64,000 nucleotides of DNA from a virus. The translations under genes were made by a program, and so were the position numbers. This document shows positions 27,749-40,800 of this stretch, piece after piece (the first letter of the stretch is position 1; each line of letters starts with the position of its first letter). The notes below the pieces were generated by a model. The model did not search any database. It was not told the origin of the DNA and saw only the letters and a program-made list of their open reading frames with translations. Location: the IMG/VR virus record IMGVR_UViG_3300021962_000060, positions 26,922 to 90,921 of that record; one strand, written 5' to 3'.

Positions 27749-28498
27749 TTAAAAATGTATTGTGCCTCTATACTGGTAGTTTAATAGTTTACCCTCAATC
27801 CAAGACTCAAAAAGAGGAGTGATATTCGGGACTCCGGCCGGTCTGTTTTGTGCATCAGGATTTCCCTGTAAATAGAGAGCAACATGAGTATCTGGGAAAG
27901 ATTCAAGAATTTCCTGCTTAACCAATTCTGGCATCTCTAATTTTTCAAGAATAATTTTACTAAGTTTTGCAGCAGGTTCCTGATTATTAAATGGCTCATC
28001 TGCAACCATACTCCATTCAATTATTAATTTAAAAAGTTCACCAAGAGTTCTTGCATGTCTTTGCGGATGAAGTTTAATAAGTTCATTTTCAACCCATTCA
28101 GAATGAATTTTTTTATCAGAGCCTGGTGCCCATCCGTTATCTATGGCATCACGCTGCCATTTTGGTAATGAGTCATATTGACGCTTTAAAATATCAGATT
28201 CTGACTCTTTCCATTCCGAATAGAGTATATAAAAGTGTGGAGAAAAGTCAATTATTGGAGTTAAAAATTGTATATTTTCAATCTTCATTCCTAGTGGTAA
28301 TCTGTATGGATTACTAGGGTTCCAATCTAAACATACCGGTCCATATGTATTGTTATCGCACCTAGACTCGGATTGGTTGTATCTACTGATTTCAACCACG
28401 GATGTAAAAGAAAAAACTCCAACATTGTCATCTTGGTCTACTATTTTATCGTAGTAACCAATATTAGCTTTACTTGAACCATAATTTTTAAGCCCCAT
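27749..28498 (-). CDS. Unknown protein, paralog of 48732..49454, coupled behind the tail spike gene
   Basis: Shared VEIS, RCD, HARTL.E.F.L..EW blocks. Confidence 0.75.
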   Translation of the reverse strand: MGLKNYGSSKANIGYYDKIVDQDDNVGVFSFTSVVEISRYNQSESRCDNNTYGPVCLDWNPSNPYRLPLGMKIENIQFLTPIIDFSPHFYILYSEWKESESDILKRQYDSLPKWQRDAIDNGWAPGSDKKIHSEWVENELIKLHPQRHARTLGELFKLIIEWSMVADEPFNNQEPAAKLSKIILEKLEMPELVKQEILESFPDTHVALYLQGNPDAQNRPAGVPNITPLFESWIEGKLLNYQYRGTIHF

Positions 28499-30110
28499 TA
28501 CTCATTACTCCTTCAATATTTTCAATTTTGATTATAAGCTCTTGAACAGCTTTTGTTAATATACTAACTATACCATTTATATCATAAGATGAAGCAACAA
28601 AATTAGATGGATTGTCAAAATCAGAATCATTTACAGGTCCATTTTCGTATACATGGTCGTAGTTAATAAGCCCTCTATCTACAGATTCCACATCTTCAAC
28701 AATAAAACCAGTCTTAATGTCATTATCTTTTAAATATTTTATAATATTAGAGCTATTTTCATTAACTCTAAATTTAAAAGTAACTGGATTTAATAATTTT
28801 ACTTTATTTATTGCATTCTCTACAGATTGTATGTCGTATTTGTACTCTCTTCTTGAAACTGCTCTTACAAATTGACCTGAGCTATATAAAATATTTGATC
28901 CAGTTCCAGTTGGTAATTGTGCAAACATGGATACATTAGATCCACCATTGTAGATGTAAAATAGTGGACTTGCATCAAAAAAATTAGAGCCAGTATGTGT
29001 TATTGTTCTAATTCCTAGAAATGGATCAACACCGCCAGCAATAGAGCCGGCGTTAACACCAGTATATTTAAAATACACAATTCCACCACTAATATCTGTT
29101 AAACGAGTTCCATCATCAACTTTGACACTATTTCGCAGCGTCACGCTTCCCTGTACAAAACTATTTGTACCCAATGCAAAACTTGCAAGATTACCTAAAA
29201 TACTTTTTATATAGCCATTAGCATTGAATGCCGAAGCTCCAGCATTAATATTTGCGTCAGTAATTGAACCTCCACCATAAGATGCACTAGTAAACGAAGA
29301 ACCAGTAGCAACAATATAGCCATTAGAGTATAAAGTAGTAGAACCACCAGAAAGCGTTGTGCTTGAAATAGACCAACCACCAATATTCCCGCTATTGGCG
29401 GTTAAAGCACCACCATTTGTAACCCTAAAAGGCGCTGAAAGGAATGTTCCATTACCCAAAGACATACTGCCGTTTGAATAAACTTTAAAAACATTAGGAT
29501 CAGTACCAATTGTCAAACTACCACCAGTAATCGCTCCATTAGAAACAGAACCATTAGCAAAAGTACCACCAGCATTTATAGTTCCAGTAAAGTTTCCAGA
29601 AGTAGCCTCAATCTGGCCTCTGACAATAATATTATTGTTAAATTCAGCACTGCCATTGCTTCTAATTTGCCATCCAGTAGTTCCTAAAACATAGTTATTA
29701 CTGCTAATTGTGTCTCCAACTTGGACAACATTAATTGCTAGTTCAGCAGCAGTAATTGTATTAGATGCTATCTCATTAGCAGTAATTGTATTTGCAGCTA
29801 TATTGTTTGCAGTAATTTCGTTAGCACCAATATGTACACCCCTAACAGAATTCTCTAGCAATTCGATGCCGGCCGGCGCTAATATCTGGGTTGATATAAA
29901 ATTAGCAATATATTGATTAAATCTATTTTGATTATTTTGTCTAGTTATATCTCTTTGGGCATCCTGACCAGATGTTGTATTATCAGTACCAAAGTCAAAA
30001 ATGCTGTATTTACTAAAATCAATAAGTGACGAAGAAACTCCATCATGTTTATGGCCGCCAGATCTAAAAAATCTTATTGCTGACTCAGATGTGCTAGTGT
30101 TTGCTGGCAT
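28488..30110 (-). CDS. Tail spike/fibre with C-terminal S74-type intramolecular chaperone
   Basis: ANxIT repeats, G/S/T-rich shaft, SRREYKYDI...GFIVEDV...KAVQEL. Confidence 0.8.
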   Translation of the reverse strand: MPANTSTSESAIRFFRSGGHKHDGVSSSLIDFSKYSIFDFGTDNTTSGQDAQRDITRQNNQNRFNQYIANFISTQILAPAGIELLENSVRGVHIGANEITANNIAANTITANEIASNTITAAELAINVVQVGDTISSNNYVLGTTGWQIRSNGSAEFNNNIIVRGQIEATSGNFTGTINAGGTFANGSVSNGAITGGSLTIGTDPNVFKVYSNGSMSLGNGTFLSAPFRVTNGGALTANSGNIGGWSISSTTLSGGSTTLYSNGYIVATGSSFTSASYGGGSITDANINAGASAFNANGYIKSILGNLASFALGTNSFVQGSVTLRNSVKVDDGTRLTDISGGIVYFKYTGVNAGSIAGGVDPFLGIRTITHTGSNFFDASPLFYIYNGGSNVSMFAQLPTGTGSNILYSSGQFVRAVSRREYKYDIQSVENAINKVKLLNPVTFKFRVNENSSNIIKYLKDNDIKTGFIVEDVESVDRGLINYDHVYENGPVNDSDFDNPSNFVASSYDINGIVSILTKAVQELIIKIENIEGVMSNGA

Positions 30111-33100
30111 TACACGACCTTCCTTAGTGTCATACTTTGAGAGTAATCAGATCCAACAGATGTAGAAATAGAAACAATCCAATAATCACCATTAATTATA
30201 TCAAATTGATCAAATGAAGTTATTCTAATTCGATCACCAACCTGCAAAGTTGGAATTAAAACAGTTCTAACCTCAATAATCGGGATAGGTTCGGATAATT
30301 TTTCTATAATAAAATCGGCAAGCGCCTGGGCTTGAAGAGTGTCTGTTATATAAGGGCTGTCAATAACAACCTCTTTAAGACCATATTTTCTTCTATTTTC
30401 AGAATTAATAGCTTTTTGTTCAATAATTTGTGATTTGTTTTCACTAACCTCAATGGGTATTCCGGCTATGGATGTAAAAGCAACTTTTTCTGTTATTGGA
30501 TTTGTACCTTCTGCAAAAACAATTGAATCGGATTCAATATTTTCTGACGCAGATATAATCAAATTCCCCTTGAATGGCGAAGCCGACCAGTGAAGTATGT
30601 TAATCTCATCTGGATCTTCAAACAAAATACCTGTAATAAAAGGATTTTTTACGTTCAAAGAAGGGGATTTATCATATTCAAAATTAAAATACCTAACCTC
30701 CCTAATCAAAGCATTTGCATTGTGAGAAGCAATAGTTGTCCCCAGCGCCCCTCTTTCAATTGAAAGAAAATTAAGTTTATCTTTATTATTGTATTTAATA
30801 ATTTCATTATCTATAATAATATATCCCGCATTGGAGAAAGGAACAAAATCAAAACCACTACACGGAATTGAAGTAACAGCATTAGAATTACTTACAGCAC
30901 TAGTCAGCGTAATAACACCAAGAGTAGTATTATCAGGCGCTCTCCAGATTGGCTGAGTCTGTGTAGTATTTGAAGCAATACCTGATACTTTAACAATAAC
31001 ACTATTAACTTGAAGATTTTTATCTATTGAAGCCTCAGATATAAAGGTTGTGTCGGCAATTTCTTTTTGAACGTTTGCATGTTGATCAATAGAGCTTTCA
31101 AAAAAAGCATAATAATGATCATACTTTATAAAATCTTTTTCATCAATAAATACTCTACCTAATTCAGCAAATGAAATATCTTGAATTGTTTGATATATGG
31201 ATTGATTTATGCCGTACAAAAAAGGAAATTTTTTAACTTCTTTAATTTGTGTTTCGCGATATCTTTTTAAAACATCAGAAGATGACATTGCCTTAGGATA
31301 AATAATAAACTCATCAATTCCAAGTTGCACCCCTTTTGAATCAACCGAGTTGGTCGGTTTCACAACCCCAGTGCCATTAACAAAACTTACACCTCTTCCG
31401 CCAAACGCAAGATCGTTTTGACCAAATTCTGGGTAAACATTAGCGGCCAAAGTGGTATTACCATGCTTAACACCATCAACATAATAAGTTAAAACTTTAC
31501 TGTCATTATCATATGTTGTAATAAAATGATTCCAACCATTCGGATCTGGAAGAATAGTTGTACTCGTTATTGTTGCAGTACCAACGGCATTGTTGGAAGA
31601 ATTTAATGTTTTAAGCTTAACACCATGACTTGTTGAGTTAGAATGAAAAAATTCAATCCCAGCAGTAGAGCTAGCATTTGACCAACTACTAATATATTCA
31701 CCGCCAACATTCGCAAAAGAAACAATATGTTCTATACTCCAGTTGCGATATGGATTAATAGAATCATCAGTTATATCCCATGAAGAGTTATATGGAAGTC
31801 TAATAAAAGAATCAACCGTAGCGCTATTTGCAATAGGTTCAAGTTCAACACTTTTATCGGTAAGATCCCATGATATAGATGGAAGTTGTTGAAAAACAAC
31901 GCTTGGTGTCGCTATAGCATTATTTCTTTTATTAAAACTATTAATATTAGTTTTTGATCCAATATGATCTAACACAATATTGGTAACCAACTCATTTGAT
32001 TCTATAACTGTTCTTCCGGCACCAATTGTTAAATTTAAATCAAAAAGATCGTTATTACCAGAATGATAAAATTCCAATCTAATTTTGTATGGCACACCAG
32101 AAGTAAACGACGCTACACCAGAAGCATACGTTAAAACTGTATTTTCATTCCATGCATCAATAACTAAATTATCATCAATATAAAGCCTGGCTCCACCCTC
32201 GTCTATTTCAATACCAATTTCTTCATCAACCACAGTATAAATTGGGACATAGTAACCATCAAAAACACCCTGATAATTTTTATCATTTAAAAGTGCATCA
32301 TCACTAGACAAAGTATATCCACTTAAATAAACATTAGATTTAAAACCGACAAAAGAAGGCGTAACAGAAGAAGCAAGACCAAGAGCCTTGTCTAAATCAG
32401 ACAACTCTTTCTCATTAATATCTAATTGCAAATCTTTTACAGTACTTTCAAACCCATCAGGTGGTTGATACACCCTAAATCTAAGCCCTTCACCAACATA
32501 AATAGGACTTCCGGTATTTTTATTTTCATCATTAAATTTTAAATGCAATATAGCATCATTTAAAACAGCAGAATCTTGAAATCTATCATATTTAATAAAT
32601 TTATTATTTGGAAAATTAGCAAAATATAGTAATTCTTTTAAAGCATCTCCGACAGTTGTGTTTTCTTTAAAAAATCCTTTTTCAATAACTTTGTCATTCA
32701 AGAATTTAAATCTATCACCAAGTTGAAGATTGACTGTCATATCAGCAGAAGAAGACGATATATCCTCAATAAAATATGTTCCTATTTCAACATACTCAAA
32801 TGGATCAAAAGTTATAGTTGCGTTTTGAGAGTGAGAAACTGAATCGGTATTCCCAAAACCTCTTTCTGCAATTTCTAAAGAAACATTATCAATCTTCTTT
32901 TTTACAAGAATTTTTTCTTCAGAAAATTTATCTTTATCAATAGTGACTATGTAATAATTTGACTCAAGGCCTGTGTTAGATACATCCCCACTAGGGAACT
33001 CTGTTGCATTATTAAGATATATGTAAGAAGCACCAGAAGAAGCAAGATTTGCAGTTAAAAAGGATTCTACGGTTAAGCCTTCAGACTCATACGATTTCCA

Positions 33101-33958
33101 GCCATAGCAAACATTAACTTTTAAATCTTTTTCTAAATACTTACCATACTCAGAATTTGTATTAAGAATATTAAATTTTTTATCTGTATTATCAATTACA
33201 AGATCACAGGACGACTGAGATGAGCCGGCGATGGGCAAAGAAGTTTCATGCAGATCTCTGATGCGATTATCGCTTATAGAAACAACATAATCTGATATAT
33301 CTAATTCATAAACAGGAGACACGGACATTATTCTGGAATAATCAGGCGTATTTTTATTTGACACTATAGTAACAACAACTCTTGTAATATCCGTATAAGT
33401 ACTATCAAGATTAACGATTTTTTCAAAACCATTATTATCAAATGATAAAGATTTTGTTAAAACATTAACATTACCACTTCTATAAACATCTATATTAAAA
33501 GCATTAACCTTGCCCAGCTCATTAGATGTCACAATTTTAATTTTATTTGCTACTGTAGCATCAAATGATATATCTAATGTTGGATATGCAGCCCAGTTAA
33601 TATTTTTATCCTTTGATCTCCAACCATATTTAAAATCACCGGACAAATCAGATGGCATAGCATAAAATTTACCATTTGCCGTAATGACTCTTCCTCTAGA
33701 ATCAAGATCCCCAGCAACAGCCCAAGGGAAAGACTCATACTCGGCACCGCTAACAACTTGTGTTTTATCAAAATAATAACCTATTGAGCCAGCAGTGTTG
33801 GTTGTATGATCATTATTTGTAGTAACAACAACATTAGATAAATGCCTACCATCTCTTAATACAATAGTAACTTTAGGTTTTACAAACTGAGAAGGTGCAA
33901 TTGTTGCAGAATTAAAAGCATTACTAAGTGTTTTACCATTAAAGTCAATAGTCTGCAT
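30110..33958 (-). CDS. Large tail tip protein with PA14-like and LamG-like domains
   Basis: GARLYIDDNLVIDAW..YKIRLEF (PA14); WNHFITTYD..YYVDG..IDEFIIY (LamG); PTLQVGDRI hub-type C-terminus. Confidence 0.8.
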   Translation of the reverse strand: MQTIDFNGKTLSNAFNSATIAPSQFVKPKVTIVLRDGRHLSNVVVTTNNDHTTNTAGSIGYYFDKTQVVSGAEYESFPWAVAGDLDSRGRVITANGKFYAMPSDLSGDFKYGWRSKDKNINWAAYPTLDISFDATVANKIKIVTSNELGKVNAFNIDVYRSGNVNVLTKSLSFDNNGFEKIVNLDSTYTDITRVVVTIVSNKNTPDYSRIMSVSPVYELDISDYVVSISDNRIRDLHETSLPIAGSSQSSCDLVIDNTDKKFNILNTNSEYGKYLEKDLKVNVCYGWKSYESEGLTVESFLTANLASSGASYIYLNNATEFPSGDVSNTGLESNYYIVTIDKDKFSEEKILVKKKIDNVSLEIAERGFGNTDSVSHSQNATITFDPFEYVEIGTYFIEDISSSSADMTVNLQLGDRFKFLNDKVIEKGFFKENTTVGDALKELLYFANFPNNKFIKYDRFQDSAVLNDAILHLKFNDENKNTGSPIYVGEGLRFRVYQPPDGFESTVKDLQLDINEKELSDLDKALGLASSVTPSFVGFKSNVYLSGYTLSSDDALLNDKNYQGVFDGYYVPIYTVVDEEIGIEIDEGGARLYIDDNLVIDAWNENTVLTYASGVASFTSGVPYKIRLEFYHSGNNDLFDLNLTIGAGRTVIESNELVTNIVLDHIGSKTNINSFNKRNNAIATPSVVFQQLPSISWDLTDKSVELEPIANSATVDSFIRLPYNSSWDITDDSINPYRNWSIEHIVSFANVGGEYISSWSNASSTAGIEFFHSNSTSHGVKLKTLNSSNNAVGTATITSTTILPDPNGWNHFITTYDNDSKVLTYYVDGVKHGNTTLAANVYPEFGQNDLAFGGRGVSFVNGTGVVKPTNSVDSKGVQLGIDEFIIYPKAMSSSDVLKRYRETQIKEVKKFPFLYGINQSIYQTIQDISFAELGRVFIDEKDFIKYDHYYAFFESSIDQHANVQKEIADTTFISEASIDKNLQVNSVIVKVSGIASNTTQTQPIWRAPDNTTLGVITLTSAVSNSNAVTSIPCSGFDFVPFSNAGYIIIDNEIIKYNNKDKLNFLSIERGALGTTIASHNANALIREVRYFNFEYDKSPSLNVKNPFITGILFEDPDEINILHWSASPFKGNLIISASENIESDSIVFAEGTNPITEKVAFTSIAGIPIEVSENKSQIIEQKAINSENRRKYGLKEVVIDSPYITDTLQAQALADFIIEKLSEPIPIIEVRTVLIPTLQVGDRIRITSFDQFDIINGDYWIVSISTSVGSDYSQSMTLRKVV

Positions 33959-34474
33959 TTATACCTCTTGAAAACTTATAGAACAATTCCAATAGTATTC
34001 ATCATTGTTCAAATCCCTTCTAACAAGTTCTTCAGAATAATTTGTCACTAAAACAGTATAGCTTGTTTCTGTATAAGAAGTAAGACCATTGGCATCTAGA
34101 TTTCTAATTTTTAAAGTATGAGATCTGGGATCTAGTGCTATTTTTTTAACATAATCCCGACCGGCCTTTAGGTCAACGGTGTTTTGCTGTTTTCCAGGCA
34201 GAAATGACCAATCAATATTTATAATTCTTTTATTATTTGCAATATTAAAATAAACACCTTTTCGACCATTAGCTCTTTCATTTGTTACATAGTTAATATT
34301 ATTAGAAAAAGATGTTTTTCTATTGTGCTCTGAAAGCGGGATGGAATCAACAGAAAACATCGGTTTAATATCCGATGTATCCTCCAGAAAAGCAGATTTT
34401 AAAACATCTACGGAACTAACAAGAAAAGATGAAGATCCGCCAGTAGAAAAAGAAGTAATGGATACAGTAGCCAT
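33959..34474 (-). CDS. Minor tail protein, paralog of 34474..34872
   Basis: EHNR, W..LP....TVD...GRD shared. Confidence 0.75.
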   Translation of the reverse strand: MATVSITSFSTGGSSSFLVSSVDVLKSAFLEDTSDIKPMFSVDSIPLSEHNRKTSFSNNINYVTNERANGRKGVYFNIANNKRIINIDWSFLPGKQQNTVDLKAGRDYVKKIALDPRSHTLKIRNLDANGLTSYTETSYTVLVTNYSEELVRRDLNNDEYYWNCSISFQEV

Positions 34475-34872
34475 CAGATTTCCTCTAGCACCATGTCTAC
34501 ATCAAAATACCTGCATTGACTTTGTATAACATTTTTTAACATAGTTTCATTATATGAGGATAAAAGACAGGTATAGTTGTTCCATTCATCTTTTCTATCA
34601 TTTTGTATAGATAATGTAACAAGTGAGCCGGCTGTAACAAGTGAATACAAAAAGTCCCTACCAACTCTGGTATCAACAGTTTTTGCGGCTTTATCTGGTA
34701 GATATTTCCAAGAAAAAGAAAAAGAGTTTTTAGCCGGCTTATAAAATCTTTTCATAGAACCAGATGCAATACTGATATCAGTATTTTGATATATTGGTGA
34801 ATCTGAAAATGCTCTATTATGCTCTGTGATTTCAGTATTATTAATTTTTATTAAAGCATTCAAAGTCATCAC
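34474..34872 (-). CDS. Minor tail (distal tail-like) protein
   Basis: Directly after tape measure; paralogy to neighbour. Confidence 0.75.
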   Translation of the reverse strand: MMTLNALIKINNTEITEHNRAFSDSPIYQNTDISIASGSMKRFYKPAKNSFSFSWKYLPDKAAKTVDTRVGRDFLYSLVTAGSLVTLSIQNDRKDEWNNYTCLLSSYNETMLKNVIQSQCRYFDVDMVLEEI

Positions 34873-37800
34873 ATACCCCTAGATAGACCAGAGTAAGTTG
34901 TTACAACCCTATTCTCCATACCAGCAGACTTTTGTTTAGCCGGCAAAACATTCATATTGTATTGCTTAAGCATAGAATTAAACCACTCATCTTCACCAAT
35001 AAAGTTTTCAACATAAATATTAGTTGTAGTAGTTGAGGAAGAAGTACTAGCATATTCAGGTGTTCTAGTCTGAGGCGTAGCAAATCTCATCTTATTAAGA
35101 TTTTCTAATGCAGCATAGCCAATGTTTTTGACAGCATTTGAATTAATAACATACTCACCACCATGCAACATGGCCGGAATACCCTGCGAACCAAACCCAG
35201 GAACAACATAACCACCAGCCCCAAATTTCGGAACACGACCACCATATCTTAGTGAATAGTGAATCTGGAAAAGACCAGCAACGCCGTTATCGCCAGCATC
35301 TTTTAATTTTTGAAGCTCCAATCCAGCTTTTGCATGTTTTTGTTGAGCAGTTCTACCCATCTGACTCATATCAAATTGAAAAATATAATTAGCTGCTTTT
35401 TTAATTAAAGCTTCTTTTTCTTGAGCGTTAAGTCTCCTCAATGTTTCAGAATTTTTATTCTTTTCAAAATTTGCCCTAGTTTGTCTTAATATAGCATTAT
35501 AAGTTTCTGATGACGGCGCACCCCTAGTGGGCGTTGTGCTAGGTTCGTTATCACCAGCACCATCATCACCAGCAGCATCTTCTGCTTGATTCGCCAAATA
35601 ATTAGCAACAGAAAGCCTAGCAAGCATCACATCAATTCTAGTAGCAAGACCATCAACCATACTACCAACAGCACCAACTGTTCCTGTAATTTCTCTAATC
35701 AAAGTTGTATTAGCAATTCTTATAGCCTCTTCAAACACAGTGAAAGGATTGTTTTCTTCTAAAATAGCAGCAATAGACTGCATCGCCGGTAAGAATATTG
35801 ACTCTCCAATAGTTGAAAAACCAGCCGCTAAATCAAAAACATTATCAACAATTCCAGCAAAAGCAGCACTAATAGACTCTTGACTACCAACCATTTGACC
35901 TTCAATACCAGTCAACATCGCAACAGTTGCGCCAACAACTGAATTTTGATCAGATGCATCAGTTAAACCATATTTAGCCTGTGCAGTAGTAATCAATTGA
36001 TCCAAAGAAGTTGCAAAAACACCAACAGCCTCATTGGGAAGAGCAATATTTTCAGTCATGCTGTTAAGCATTTCTTCAAATATTTGAGAATTTTCTTGAG
36101 CAACCCCAGAAGCAGCCGTGTTCAACTGATCCAGCATTGATCTATATTCTTCAATTGTTTGCGGCGGGAATTGTGTTATCTTTTTAGCAGCATCCTCAAA
36201 GCCCTTTATTTGCTCATCAAAAAACTTTCCCGCCTCATCTTTAGCAGCACTAATTGCATCTTTAAGAGCTTGCAAGTTCTCTTCAGCAAGATCTTTTCTT
36301 CTGCTCTCGTCAAGTTTGGCAAGATCCTTTGTGTAATCAAGACTGTTCTTCTGATCTTCAAGAGCCAAGACTCTTGCGTCATCAATACGGCCTTCATAAA
36401 TAGCAAGAGCTCGTTCTCTCTGGTAGTTTTGCATTTGCAAGGCGCGTTCATCAATCATCCGCCTACGTTCAACTTGATACTCTTTTTCTTTAGTTAGTGA
36501 TTCTTCTGCTTTAGCAAGCTTATCTAATGTTTCAATCTGGGTATCATAAACAGCCAAAGCAGCATCTTTTTGACTCTGAAGGGCATCGTTTAAGCCTTCA
36601 ACAACATCCTGAACTTTCTTAGAAACCTCATCAAGAACTAAGTCAACAAATCTTTGTTTTAAATCATTCAAGAACTTTGCAAGCTCACCGTCGGCTTCGT
36701 TATACACCTTATCCAAGCCAGCAGCAATCGGATCTGTAAAAGCATCAGCATATTCTTTACCATAATCATTTGCGTCCTCAACAATATTCTTTCCAGTACT
36801 ATCCATTAAAGACTTAGTGCTTTCAATAATCTTATCAAGCATGCCTTGACCCCATTGACCAAGTTTTTCAATTGCTTTGACACCAAAACCAAATCCAATG
36901 TCAATGGCTTTATTTACAACTTTGCCTAAACCATCAACACCATCAGCAGCAAGCTTCACAGCACCGGAGACACTCTTGCCGAAAACCTCAACGGTCTTTT
37001 TTAAACCATCAGCAATATTGTCTATACCCAGTAGTTTTCCAAGTCTTGATCGTCCAATAGAACCTACAGTTTTATCAATTAGCTTTATAAACATTCCGGT
37101 AATAAAATCAATGGCTTTAGCAAAAATTCTTATCATTCCAGAAGCAACACCAGTAATACCTTTAACTATAGCCTTATATACACCAGCCATAATCTTAAGC
37201 CAAGTTGTAGCAATTTTAACTACAATTTTAAGAATAACATTGGCAAATAAAGCTATTCCTTGAGCCATTTGACCAAGCCCCTTTTTCCAGTCACCCTTGA
37301 ATATATTAATTAAACCTTGAATAAACTTTGTGACTCCACGAATAATATTTATTGCACCAACAAGCATAAACTTTAATGCTGGCACAACATACTTTTCAAA
37401 AAAGTCTTTTACAGCACTAGCTACTTTCATTAGAGTATCGCCTAGACTACTAAACTGACTTTTGGCATCAGAAGCACCAGTCATCATGGTTAAAATAGTA
37501 TGAATAGCGTCTTTGATTGGTTTAATAACCATTTTTACAACTTGAGCTAAAATTCCAAAAGCAGCAGAGAACTTCTTCTTAATATCATCTCCACCTTTAC
37601 CCATAGTTCTAAAACCATTAATTAAGTAAATAACAGCAGCGGAAATTGCAAGAATAACAGCAGTAATACCCATGCTCATAAATACAATTTTAACCAATTT
37701 CATGATATTCATAGATTTCAACAAACTCATAGTAAATGCTTTAACAGATTTAGCCATCATTACAAAAGCATTTTGTTTTCCACCAAAAGCCGCTTGTGTT

Positions 37801-40800
37801 GTTTGATACTGCAAAGCCGCAAACTGAGCTTCGTAAATAGCCTTTTTAATGGCTTTGTATCCAGTAATCTCAAGAGCAAAATTGGTTACTCTTGCAACCT
37901 TACCACCAATATTTGTAGTAGCAAGTTTGGCATTTAATGCTTGAATTTGAGCAATTCGTGCTTTCAATACAGTAACAGCTTGTTTTGTTCTGGCTTTAAT
38001 CACTGTAACAAAACTAGTAAGTGCTTGTTTAGGATCAGTAAATAGTGTATGAAAAGCCTGACCTAGTTTACTACTTTTAATTGCAGTACCAACTTTAACC
38101 AATCCGGCTTTAGCAGTTAAAGCCATCTTCTTAAAGCCATTACCAATCATATTAGTCGTATTTAAAATACCATTCTTTATTGCGGTAAGTCTTTGACCTT
38201 TTGTGAATAAACCTTGGAATCCATCCATAAACTTATCCATCGCCAGCCCAATAGAGTTACCCATTCTTTTTATTGCTGGAACCATTGCATTAAATCCATT
38301 TACAACAGCATTCTTTACAGCCTTTGCGCCTCGTATAGCATTTCTCTTCATGGCTTCATAAGTAGGTGTTAAACGAAGCTTCATTTTCTGCAAAGCACCT
38401 AAAATACCACCCTCAACAATTCTTCTTTCTTGATTGGGTGTTAAAGCAACGCTCCTGTAGTAATCGCCAGCAAACTTTCCGCTTTTTTGTTTAAACAAAG
38501 AAGCCATCTTATAGTTTGCCTGAGCAACAGGCGCTCCGGGTCCAGAAATAGGAGACTTATCATAAATAAGCCCCTTAGCAACGCCTCCTGTAAATCTTCT
38601 ATCAACAGCCTGCCTGAACATACGAGTTCTTGTAGTCCCAAACCTTTTCATGGCTCGTTTCTCAGCATCAGGATCAAAACCAGGACTTGTTGGCATAATA
38701 TTCACAAGACTTTGATCTAAACCAAGACGAGCCGCTCTACGCATAGCAACTTTAGTTATTGTTTGTTCACGTGCTATTCTCGCAGCAGACATTCTTGATG
38801 ATATTGGTCGAGAACCTTGATCTAAAAGCCTTTGGTTGGTAGCTGCGCTAACTGCTGAACCTATATCTCTCTGGAACATTGTTGGTGGTAAACCGAGAGC
38901 CTGTGATTGAGCAAGAGGCTTTGCAATTGCTACATCTCTACTACCTTTCATAATACTATCTATAGTTTTTTGATTAGTTATTCCACTTTTTGCAATATAT
39001 GCTTCTCTTACTGCATCATCAATAACAGGTCTTTTTGCAACACCCAAGCCAGTAATATTTCCCGCCCCTAGAGCAACACCAGTACCTCTAGTGACATTGA
39101 GAGCAGCAACTGCCGCTTGTACTTCTTTAGCAGCCGTTGCTTCTCTCTTAAGCATTCCTGTCATAAGCCCAATCCGTCTAGCCGCAGCGCCAATCGGACC
39201 ATTCATAGAAGCAAGGCGGGCTGTGAGGAGTGCAGTTCTAGATGCACTTGTTGTCATAGCATTACCAACCATAACAACAGGACTAGATAATCTCATCAGA
39301 GCAGGGGAGGCTGCAAGGGAAGCGGCGTTTAAACTGGTGAGGCCAGGAACAACGCGAAGAAGACCTTGAGCCAAGACTCCAATGGCAGACTTGGCAAGTC
39401 CAAAAGCATAGATGAGTGGTCCGAGAGCCGCCATGCCAGCAATTGCTACGCTTATGGCAATTTTGGCGGCAGGACTCATATCTCTAAATCCTTGAGCAAT
39501 TCTTTGCATTGCTCTATCAATAAATTCAATTACAGGTCTAAAACCTTTAATTAATTCTGCTGCTATTAATTGAAAATTAACTTTTATTCTTGTCAACGAA
39601 GAGCTAACAGATTTCAAAGCAATGTCAACTTCTTGCTGTGCTAGTTCAGCAGCAGTGCTGACACCGACCAACTGAGCAACCATCACCTTGCCAGTTTGAG
39701 TTTTAATACTTGCAATTAGGTCTTCACCTTGAGCTCTTTGGGCAAGAACTTCATCTCCAACTTGTTGTCTTATTTGTTTTGCAAGATCAACATCTGCTTG
39801 AGTTACGGTTTTTGTAACAGTCTTGCCATTTTCAATAACATCAATAACATTCTTTGTAACATCTTCACTAATATTCATTGTTGATATGCGAGCTATATTT
39901 CCTAAATCACTAAAAGATTTAATTAAAGGAACAGCCGAGTCCTGCGCTCTTTCCACTCCATTGGCTAGATCAACAATTGTTTTTAATGATTCATCAATAC
40001 CAGTACCACCAAAATTAATTTTTGCTATATCCTCATTAAGTTTGGCAATATCAGCAATAGACTCAGCCATTCTTGGCCCCTGCCGGAGAACGAATAACTG
40101 AGTCATGAACTCCATTGCGCCTTCGGCTCCAGCTGCGCTCTCCTGAACTTTATTGAAAGCTTGTGCTAAAAAGTCAATAGAGTTAATACCAATATGTGTT
40201 GCCTGTGAAAAATCAAAGCCTAAAACACCATTTAATTTTTCAATCATCTCACGGCTTTCATTAGTAGGATCGTTCAATCTCTGCAAAGAAACCTTGATTG
40301 CGTTAGCAGAAGATGCAACATCAAAACCGGCCGCTTTCATTGGTGCAAGCAAAGCCATTGTTTCAGACATTGACAAACCAAACTGAGTTGCAGCAGCACC
40401 AGCCTCAGGAAGAGCTCTAGCCATATCCTTTAGACTCAAAACAGTCGTGTTTTCAATCAAGTTAAACTGCGCTAGTGTTCCATTTACAATGGCAAGAGCC
40501 GCATTTTCTCTTTCAAGTGCAGTCTTTACATCGTCATGGGCTTTGGCATTATAGTCAAGCGCCTTGTTTGCTTGGAAATAAATAGTTTGAACAAAGTCTT
40601 TTGCCTGACCAATATCAACATCACCGAGCTTTTCAGCCATTAAAACTGCATCAGTTAAGGCAGAAATTGTTTCATTGGCCTGAAGACCCAACTGAGCAAA
40701 ATCCGAACCGAGGCTTATAACTAGTGCTCTATTAGCAGCATAAGTGGTAGAAAGATCAGTAAATGCTTGCTCAAGCCTCCTGTATCTTTCCATATTCTCT

